NCBI GenBank assembly: GCA_016930515.1
Contig: JAFGGO010000158.1
Location: 32,001-96,000, forward strand
From: Promethearchaeota archaeon
Lineage (GTDB): Archaea > Asgardarchaeota > Lokiarchaeia > Sigyniarchaeales > SOKP01
Length of the DNA stretch: 64,000 nucleotides
Direction of reading: 5' to 3'
Below are positions 57,114 through 64,000 of this stretch, one piece after another (position 1 is the stretch's first letter; every line of letters begins with the position of its first letter). The notes under the pieces were generated by a model. That model saw nothing but the letters and a program-made list of their open reading frames with translations, was not told the origin of the DNA and made no database searches. The position numbers and the translations under genes are program-made.

Positions 57114-57749
57114 GTGACAAAAAATCCTAAAGAACACAGGAAAGATCCTCACTATAAACAGGCAAAACGAGAAAATTATCGTGCTAGATCTGCTTATAAA
57201 CTACTCGATATTAATAAGCGATTCAATGTATTTAAACGAGCGTTTTATATCTTGGACATTGGAGCAACCCCGGGCTCTTGGCTTCAAGTTGCAAGAAAAT
57301 TTGCAGAAGAAAACATTTCTCTCTATAAAGACGGATTTTACCACAGAGATAATTTTAAAATAATGGGTGTGGACTTAAAATCTGTAACTCCTGTAGAGGA
57401 CGTTAAAATAATTAAAATGGATGTGAGAAATCCCGCTTTTTTAGAAGAAGTTAGGTCTTTTTTTGGTGGTAAGATCGATCTATTGTTGTCGGACGCCTCG
57501 ATAAAAAAATCTGGGATCAAGTTCCAAGATGATGTGAATCAAATTAAGTTATGTAACAAAATTCTTGAAATTGGAAATGAAATCATTCGAAATAAGGGAG
57601 CCATGGTAATTAAGGTATTTCAAGGTTCTGATTTCGACGAATTTTACGCTTCGATGAAAAATAAATTTCGTTTGATGAAATCCTACAAACCTAAAGGATC
57701 TCGAAAGAATTCGAACGAAATTTACCTAATTGGAATGAAAAAAATATAA
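57114..57749 (+). CDS. rlmE: 23S rRNA Um2552 methyltransferase RlmE/FtsJ
   Basis: DPHYKQAK..NYRARSAYKL, DIGATPGSWLQ, LSDA, KVFQG, KPKGSR..SNEIY. Confidence 0.93.
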   Translation: MTKNPKEHRKDPHYKQAKRENYRARSAYKLLDINKRFNVFKRAFYILDIGATPGSWLQVARKFAEENISLYKDGFYHRDNFKIMGVDLKSVTPVEDVKIIKMDVRNPAFLEEVRSFFGGKIDLLLSDASIKKSGIKFQDDVNQIKLCNKILEIGNEIIRNKGAMVIKVFQGSDFDEFYASMKNKFRLMKSYKPKGSRKNSNEIYLIGMKKI

Positions 57750-58361
57750 TTACGATTCTTCCATATATTCCTGAATCGTGTCAAAATCGATGATGTATTC
57801 TGTCCCTTGAATATTTGCCTGGATCCAATCTGTTAACCATTGGCAATAGTTGGGATTAAATTGGTCCAAGTTTGTATCGTTACATTTCTCTTCGTACGGA
57901 CATACGAAGCAGGGAATGTATCCAAATTTTTCCCAGATGAACCTATCGTTGTTCATGTCAACTTCGGTCTCATCCACATCCATATCGATTTTTTCTATCG
58001 ATTTAATTCGTTTCGTCCAAGAACTCTCCCTAAGTTCGCGTTCGATCGTTATTTTTGACTGAAGAGCAAGTTGTTCGAGTATGGGTTCCAAGTAGTCCCT
58101 GTTTTCTTGGGTCATTTCCAAGAGTTCATTAAAATAAATGTCCTTTTCTTTTTCAATTATGGATAATATGGCTTTTTCGTCCTTTCGAAGGTCACGACTA
58201 TAATTTTTCTTTTTTTCCTCTATTCTTTCAATTCTACGCTCCGAGTCTGATTTCTCGTCTGTCGTCCCTTCAACTCGCTCCTTGATCTTGCATTTGTGGC
58301 GACTTAAATAAGCGAAACTTTTTCCACAATATGGACAGGTTTCTTTCTTTTTTTTAGCCAT
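57750..58361 (-). CDS. TFEbeta / RPC34-like protein (winged helix plus Fe-S motif) with N-terminal Zn finger
   Basis: C-terminal PCFVCP....C........P..C.WLTDW matches the RPC34/TFEbeta [4Fe-4S] motif; central wHTH-like segment; N-terminal CPYC...HKC. Confidence 0.75.
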   Translation of the reverse strand: MAKKKKETCPYCGKSFAYLSRHKCKIKERVEGTTDEKSDSERRIERIEEKKKNYSRDLRKDEKAILSIIEKEKDIYFNELLEMTQENRDYLEPILEQLALQSKITIERELRESSWTKRIKSIEKIDMDVDETEVDMNNDRFIWEKFGYIPCFVCPYEEKCNDTNLDQFNPNYCQWLTDWIQANIQGTEYIIDFDTIQEYMEES

Positions 58362-58531
58362 GTGATTCAATCCCAGATCCTTTTTAGCACCTATCGTAAA
58401 GATAGATTGTTATGGAAATATTGAGAATTAATTTTAAGTATAAAATAAAGTTAATGTATAGTAAGAATTAAATTTTCGGTTTTTATAGTATTTCCATTAC
58501 CAATACTATTTACCAAATTCATTCCTATAAA

Positions 58532-59335
58532 ATGATAAATAAAAAACGCTTGGAAAAGATCATTGGCATGAATACCGATCAAATAATCGAATCTAAAATA
58601 CTTCTTGATTTGATTGATCAAAAAATAAATTTTAAAAACTTGTTACCTCTAAATTCTACTGGTTTCGACGATCTCCTTGGAGGAGGATTCTGTCCGGGTA
58701 AAATGTACCTCGTTTATGGTGCCAATAAAACTGGAAAAACTCAATTATGCCATCAATTATGCCTCCAAGCTGTAAAAAACGGCAGAAAAGCTTATTATTT
58801 AGATACGGAAAACACTTTTCGAGCTGAAAGAATGGTTGAATTAGCCCGGCTTCAATGTTTCAATCCCGATGATATTCTGAAGAACATTCATATATCAAAA
58901 ATAAAAAGTAATTCAATGCTGTTGCTTGTAATTTCGGACATCCAACACGCTTTAAACAATAAAAAAGATCAAGTCTTAGTAGTTGATTCTATTAACAATT
59001 ATTTTCGATACGAACGAGATGCTCCGAACCTAACTTTTTCAAATGTAAAACAAGTATTTATGCGTGTTTTAAGCAAGCTTCAAGAAATCACATCTAAATT
59101 CAATACGGTAACGGTTGTAACTGCTCAAATCACGCCTAATTTTGAGATCAAGCCAGTATTAAAGGAATTACCGGTTGGAAATCAATATCTAAATCATTTT
59201 TTTTCCGAATACATATATCTGAGAAGACTAGAACTAGGATTAAACCAAGCGCGTCTTATAAATTCTCAAGATCTTCCAGAGAGGATAATTAATTACAAAA
59301 TCACACAGTCAGGTATCGATCCATTTACCCCTTAG
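58532..59335 (+). CDS. RadA/Rad51-family paralog lacking the N-terminal HhH domain
   Basis: DDLLGGG, YGANKTGKTQLCHQLC, YLDTENTFRAER, LVVDSI, ARLINSQDLPE. Confidence 0.85.
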   Translation: MINKKRLEKIIGMNTDQIIESKILLDLIDQKINFKNLLPLNSTGFDDLLGGGFCPGKMYLVYGANKTGKTQLCHQLCLQAVKNGRKAYYLDTENTFRAERMVELARLQCFNPDDILKNIHISKIKSNSMLLLVISDIQHALNNKKDQVLVVDSINNYFRYERDAPNLTFSNVKQVFMRVLSKLQEITSKFNTVTVVTAQITPNFEIKPVLKELPVGNQYLNHFFSEYIYLRRLELGLNQARLINSQDLPERIINYKITQSGIDPFTP

Positions 59336-59351
59336 AACTTATCAAAGTATT

Positions 59352-60209
59352 CTATTTTAAAAGTAATATCTTATTTTTAGCTTCCTCTAAAGTCAAGGAT
59401 TTGAATTTTTTCGATATTGATGGGGAATTTACAAAATAAATATCGTTATCTATTGAACTCAAAACTAGTTCCATCAATTTAGCGGCGTGATTTAACTTTT
59501 TTTGCTTGAAAACGCTCGCCTTTTGGTTACTTTTTATGTACGGTTTGGAATACTTTCCAACAATATTATTAAAGTCCATTCCTATCAAAAATATTGAATG
59601 ATTTGTAGTTAAAAATGGCCTTAAAAAATATAAGATCCTATCACCATCCGTGAATCCTCCAGAATTAATGAGATTCTCCGTAGATTTTACTTGGGTCGTA
59701 CCGATTAGATTTTTTGATCGAATTAACGCATCGTGATATGTTTTTAATCTTTTGATATTATCTCCGTGACCAAGAATTATAAAAAAGCGAGAGGCGTTTA
59801 TCTCTTCTTCGGTTACGCCGTCTAGATCTGAAAAGACCGCGTGCAAGGAGATTTCTTGCTCTCTTAAAAGTATTGATGCACCATCAGCTACCAGATTAAC
59901 GATATTCTGGCAATGTTTTAGATCCATTTCTTTTACAAGATAGTTAACGGATTCTTCCAAAGATGGACCGCACCCATAAATAATAATGATGGATTTTGAT
60001 TGAATCTCCCGTCTAAAAGAATGGAGCACCCTTTCTATGTCGTAATTAAGGACTCTTTTTTTTTCCTCTATGTATTGAGAAAGCAGGTCTCTCGCTTCAT
60101 TATCCTTTTTCTCGCTTAAACATAAATCTTTTACGATTTTTAAATACAACCCTCTAAATTCAGCATACATATCAAGTTGTTTTTGTATTGGTTGATCGTT
60201 TTCTGACAT
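59352..60209 (-). CDS. mptE: MptE-like 6-hydroxymethyl-7,8-dihydropterin pyrophosphokinase (DUF115)
   Basis: YGCGPSL, VADGA, FSDLDG, HGDN, GTTQ, GGFTDGDR, GMDF...GKYSKP. Confidence 0.85.
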   Translation of the reverse strand: MSENDQPIQKQLDMYAEFRGLYLKIVKDLCLSEKKDNEARDLLSQYIEEKKRVLNYDIERVLHSFRREIQSKSIIIIYGCGPSLEESVNYLVKEMDLKHCQNIVNLVADGASILLREQEISLHAVFSDLDGVTEEEINASRFFIILGHGDNIKRLKTYHDALIRSKNLIGTTQVKSTENLINSGGFTDGDRILYFLRPFLTTNHSIFLIGMDFNNIVGKYSKPYIKSNQKASVFKQKKLNHAAKLMELVLSSIDNDIYFVNSPSISKKFKSLTLEEAKNKILLLK

Positions 60210-60342
60210 GAAAAGGATGGACCTATTGCACTGATACAAGTGCATTATTTTTTTCAATTTTTGTTGTAAAAATGCTTGGCAGTTATATTTTAAAAAAAAA
60301 ACATATTTATTTAGATTTTTTCTTGATGATATTTAGAGAAAG

Positions 60343-60597
60343 ATGTTTGAAACGGAAAACAAAGAGGAATGTTGTTTGCAGGGTGTTTGGAAAAGAATCG
60401 CCGACTCATCCAAAAAAACACTCGAAAATAGCATAGTGGTCAAGGGAAGAGAAATAAAAAGCATTATCGATAGGATCATGGAACTAACCTCTGATGAGGG
60501 TGTGATAGAGATCTATAAATTAAAGGACAATACACAGAAATCTTTACCCTTCAAAACTCTTAGGGTTTGTAACGATATAGACTTGTGTTTTTCTTAA
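60343..60597 (+). CDS. Small hypothetical protein
   Basis: 84-aa ORF filling an intergenic gap, followed by a T-rich tract. Confidence 0.5.
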   Translation: MFETENKEECCLQGVWKRIADSSKKTLENSIVVKGREIKSIIDRIMELTSDEGVIEIYKLKDNTQKSLPFKTLRVCNDIDLCFS

Positions 60598-60717
60598 ACC
60601 TTGTTTTTCTTTTAGCTAATTTTTAATCTGATGAATCTAATTTTATGTTCTGGTTGAATTAAGAGAAAAAATTAGAAAAAAAAAGAAAAAGAAAATATGA
60701 TAATATATTTTCTTACC

Positions 60718-61101
60718 CTATAAAGAATCACAGTAGGCCTTGTATGCAGCTTCGTCCATCAAGTTGGCTTTTTCTGCTCCAAAGTTGGAGGCATCAATCT
60801 TGAATAACCACGCTGCCATGGCGTTTTCGTTAATTTTTTCTGGTTCGTCCATCAAGTCCGTGTTCACGGCAGTGACCGTTCCAGAAACGGGACTGTAAAT
60901 ATCGCCAACCGCTTTGCTACTTTCAACGGTGCAATCGATTGGGTCAGAGTCTTCAGTACCTTGTTCTAAGGTAGCACCATCAATTCCTTCCACATCAACG
61001 AAACTAATTTCTCCTAATTGTTCGGCGGCGTAAGGAGTCAATCCAACTTCTCCGGTTGCGTCGTTGTACCATTGATGGGTTTTATTATACCAAATTGCCA
61101 T
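60718..61101 (-). CDS. gcvH: Glycine cleavage H protein / lipoyl carrier
   Basis: THQW, GLTPYAAEQLGEI.FV, VESSKAVGDIYSPVSG (lipoyl-Lys), P..IN, WLFKI. Confidence 0.92.
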   Translation of the reverse strand: MAIWYNKTHQWYNDATGEVGLTPYAAEQLGEISFVDVEGIDGATLEQGTEDSDPIDCTVESSKAVGDIYSPVSGTVTAVNTDLMDEPEKINENAMAAWLFKIDASNFGAEKANLMDEAAYKAYCDSL

Positions 61102-61272
61102 TTTTTTCAAACCTCTTTGAATTAATTTTATGCGGATTAATTTATATACAATTTAATGATATGGTTTATTTAATTTTATAAATGATTTAAAATTTATTCA
61201 TTAATATTTTTTTTCAAAAAAAAAAAAGCGATCCCACTCGAATTTGGATGTAAAATCAAACTTAGATGAGGC

Positions 61273-62418
61273 ATGATGGATAATAGTAGACATTTGATTG
61301 GTTTGATAATTAATCCAATTTCCGGAATGGGCGGTGCCGTGGGACTAAAAGGAACTGACGGAGCCGAAACTTTACAAAAGGCAGTTGAATTGGGTGCAAT
61401 ACCTTTCGCTTTAAAGAGAGCTGAATATTTTCTTAAAGAATTAAACCCAATAAAATCAAAACTCATGGTTATTTCCTGCCCAGGAGAGATGGGGGAGAAA
61501 AAATTAAATTCTCTCGAATTCACTTATAAATGCGTTTCTCACGCCTTATTTAACGACATTCAAGAGCTTTCCCAGACGAGCGCGGCGCATACAATTGCAG
61601 CCGCAAGAATAATGAGGGAGATGGAGGATCTCGAGTTGATCGTCTTTATCGGAGGGGACGGAACCGCTCGAGATATTTTATCGGCAATTAAATTGGATAA
61701 ACCTTGTTTGGGAGTTCCGTCTGGGGTAAAAGTATACTCCTCGTGCTTTTCTCTCAATCCAAAGAACGCCGCAAACCTCGTCATGCAATACCTTTGGGGT
61801 GAGATCCCGCTTCAGAAATCCGAAGTGCTTGACATTAACGAGGAAGAATATCGGAATGGCAGGCTAGTTTCAAAAATTTTTGGACACCTTCTTACTCCTT
61901 CCAATCCAAATTTTTCCCAAAATTCTAAAATGGGAACGCCTCATTCTGACTTGAGCAATCAGCAACGAATAGCGCGCCGAATCGTTGAAATGATGGAAGA
62001 GGACACATATTACTTGATTGGGCCCGGTACTACGACAAAAGCCATAACTGATGTTTTAGGTCAAGAAAAGACAGTATTAGGGGTCGACTTGGCTCTCAAC
62101 GGAAAAATAATTGAATGCGATCTCAACGAAGAAAGAATAATTGAATCCATACGGGGTAAGAAGGCCAAAATAATAACTTCTTTAATAGGAAGGCAAGGTT
62201 TTTTATTTGGTAGGGGAAATTTACAGTTTTCTCCCAAAGTTTTAAAAACGATTGGTGTTAAAAACATTATTATTATTTCTACTGTTTTTAAAATGACAAA
62301 TATCCCGAATCAAGTGTTGAGAATTGATACTCGGGATCCCGAATTAGACGAAGCAATGAAGGGTTTATATAAGATAGTCGTAGATTACGATCAAGAAATG
62401 ATCTGCATGGTAAATTAA
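61273..62418 (+). CDS. ATP-NAD kinase-like / AcoX-family protein
   Basis: GLIINPISGMGG..GLKGTDG, GGDGTARD, GVPSGVKVYS, QGFLFGRGNLQ. Confidence 0.82.
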   Translation: MMDNSRHLIGLIINPISGMGGAVGLKGTDGAETLQKAVELGAIPFALKRAEYFLKELNPIKSKLMVISCPGEMGEKKLNSLEFTYKCVSHALFNDIQELSQTSAAHTIAAARIMREMEDLELIVFIGGDGTARDILSAIKLDKPCLGVPSGVKVYSSCFSLNPKNAANLVMQYLWGEIPLQKSEVLDINEEEYRNGRLVSKIFGHLLTPSNPNFSQNSKMGTPHSDLSNQQRIARRIVEMMEEDTYYLIGPGTTTKAITDVLGQEKTVLGVDLALNGKIIECDLNEERIIESIRGKKAKIITSLIGRQGFLFGRGNLQFSPKVLKTIGVKNIIIISTVFKMTNIPNQVLRIDTRDPELDEAMKGLYKIVVDYDQEMICMVN

Positions 62419-62448
62419 TAATTTAAAATAAGAGATAATAAAGAATTC

Positions 62449-62979
62449 TTATATATTGAATAACTCGGCACCACTTTTAATCTGGATCATGGCTTGGAGC
62501 CCAAAAAAGGTTCCAAGAATGATTAAAAGTCCGATTATAATGTATCTCCTCGCCACTCGCTTGTCATATAGGTGTTGCGAGGCTTTATACAACATCAAAA
62601 ATCCCGCCGAACTGAAAATCATCAAGATGGAAGCTACAATGCTCTCGTTAATGAAAGCTTCTTGAGTGCTCGGGTAAAGAAATAGCGCTTCTCCGTTTGA
62701 ATCTTGGCCAACAGCTGGCGTTTCCCTATATGCTAAATACACGACTCCCGTTTGAAGAACAAACAAAATGATGTAAATTGCTAAAACTACAATAGCCTTT
62801 GTTGACATTTTAGTTACTCGTTGGGCGACTCTACGACGTTTTACTGATGGAAATTTTATGTTGGGCTTTCTGGCCACGCTCCCCATTACCCATGGGGTTT
62901 TTCTCTTGATCATCTCCATTACCGTTTCAGAACCAACAACATCTTCTTTCTTTTTCTCTTTCGGTTCGCTTTCTTCCAT
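62449..62979 (-). CDS. OSTC/DC2 (OST3/OST6 family) oligosaccharyltransferase accessory subunit-like protein
   Basis: Three TMs; PNIKFP...GVVY...ETPAVG..FL.....FINESIVAS.L....GF pattern resembles eukaryotic OSTC. Confidence 0.7.
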   Translation of the reverse strand: MEESEPKEKKKEDVVGSETVMEMIKRKTPWVMGSVARKPNIKFPSVKRRRVAQRVTKMSTKAIVVLAIYIILFVLQTGVVYLAYRETPAVGQDSNGEALFLYPSTQEAFINESIVASILMIFSSAGFLMLYKASQHLYDKRVARRYIIIGLLIILGTFFGLQAMIQIKSGAELFNI

Positions 62980-63157
62980 GACGATTTTCTTCTAATTCAA
63001 TTTTTATATTTAATCTATCTAAATTAAAATGGTTCTTAAAATTTTCGCGAATGCTAAATTTTTCAAATATTTTTGAAGAATAATTGAGAAAAAATTCGCG
63101 CCGTTAGATTTATCATTAACCATTATTTATTGAATGAAAATAAACAATTTTATATAG

Positions 63158-64000
63158 ATGAAAGGGATAAAACAAAGAACTCTGGGAAAGACCGGAATCA
63201 GAACAAGTTCACTTGGAATGGGTTGTTGGGCTATAGGTGGTGTGCTCCTAGATTTGCAGGGTAAACAATCTGGGTATGGTACTGTAAACGACGAAGAATC
63301 TATCAAAGCAATTCATCGAGCTATTGATTTAGGTATTAATTTCTTTGATACAGCGGATGTGTATGGCGCAGGTCATGGTGAAAGAATTTTAGGAAAAGCA
63401 ATTAAAGGACATAGGGATGATCTCGTCGTCTCAACGAAGTTTGGAAATGTGTTTAATGAGGAGAAAAAAGTCATAACTGGGGAAAATTACTCTTCAAAAT
63501 ACATTAGAACAGCCTGCGAAGCGTCATTAAAAAGGTTAAACACGGATTATATCGATTTGTACCACCTTCATTCTTGGAGCGTTCTAAAATCGAGTTTAAA
63601 ACCCATAATAGCCACCTTGGATGATTTAAAGGAAGAAGGAATGATTAAAGCATATGGATGGAGCACTGATCTTCACGATCTAGCTAAATATTTCGTTGAA
63701 AACTCCAAGGCCGCATCGATCCAACACGAACTTAATGTCCTACACGATACAAAGGAATTAATAGACATTTGCGAGGAATACGATGTATCCAGCATCAATA
63801 GGACCGTACTTGCTATGGGCTTACTTACAGGTAAATATACGGCGGGTTCCAGTATTCCTGAGAATGATGTACGGGGACCCCATTCTCCTGAATGGTTGAA
63901 ATACTTTAAGCAAGGAAGACCTGACTTTGAATGGTTAAAAAAGTTAGAAATGATTAAAGATATTCTCGCTAGCGACGGACGAACTATAGTCCAGGGGGCA
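63158..64000 (+). CDS. Aldo/keto reductase, 3' partial
   Basis: Not in the ORF track. Translates MKGIKQRTLGKTG...GMGCWAIGG...FFDTADVYG.G..E...STKFG...SLKRLNTDYIDLYHLH. Confidence 0.92.
   Translation, partial: MKGIKQRTLGKTGIRTSSLGMGCWAIGGVLLDLQGKQSGYGTVNDEESIKAIHRAIDLGINFFDTADVYGAGHGERILGKAIKGHRDDLVVSTKFGNVFNEEKKVITGENYSSKYIRTACEASLKRLNTDYIDLYHLHSWSVLKSSLKPIIATLDDLKEEGMIKAYGWSTDLHDLAKYFVENSKAASIQHELNVLHDTKELIDICEEYDVSSINRTVLAMGLLTGKYTAGSSIPENDVRGPHSPEWLKYFKQGRPDFEWLKKLEMIKDILASDGRTIVQGA

Noticed and set aside
60227-60244. Inverted repeat TGCACT-N6-AGTGCA upstream of mptE (and ATGATTT-N7-AAATCAT near 37945)
   Set aside because: Short arms and single occurrences; cannot be distinguished from chance without comparative data.
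1-64000. CRISPR arrays, IS elements/transposases, integrases, rRNA
   Set aside because: No regularly spaced direct repeats, transposase/integrase motifs or rRNA-like GC-rich stretches seen.

Overview
An AT-rich archaeal chromosomal segment, most likely from an Asgard archaeon of the Lokiarchaeia type. This assignment is inferred from an archaeal intron-containing tRNA-Gln, type II MAP, Trm1 and Sec61beta, together with several eukaryotic-signature-like genes (ribophorin I, OSTC/OST3-6-like, roadblock, longin-like, Bet3/V4R-like, RPC34/TFEbeta-like). It has about 50 densely packed CDSs, and I saw no CRISPR array, rRNA or mobile element. Main blocks: (1) 2.0-14.5 kb, a seven-gene MoxR AAA+/DUF58-vWA membrane and cell-surface operon led by a 1526-aa Ig-repeat glycoprotein whose transglutaminase-like domain has lost the catalytic Cys and His; (2) 14.5-19.7 kb, a lipS2-lipoate ligase-lipS1-cofE/nitroreductase-cofD operon; (3) a chimeric LeuRS, a large surface protein, longin-like and Bet3/V4R-like gene pairs, bacterial-type TPI, HdrC and thioredoxin; (4) 39.5-52.4 kb, a translocon and glycosylation region (GT4, DUF354, Sec61beta, ribophorin I, Trm112, tRNA-Gln, AglH/Alg7, M48 protease, UbiA-PHP-DUF362); (5) RNA methyltransferases, two RecA/RadA paralogs, class I FBPase, a TFEbeta-like protein, MptE, GcvH, an OSTC-like subunit and a partial aldo-keto reductase. 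All family calls come from recognising motifs by eye; no database search was run.
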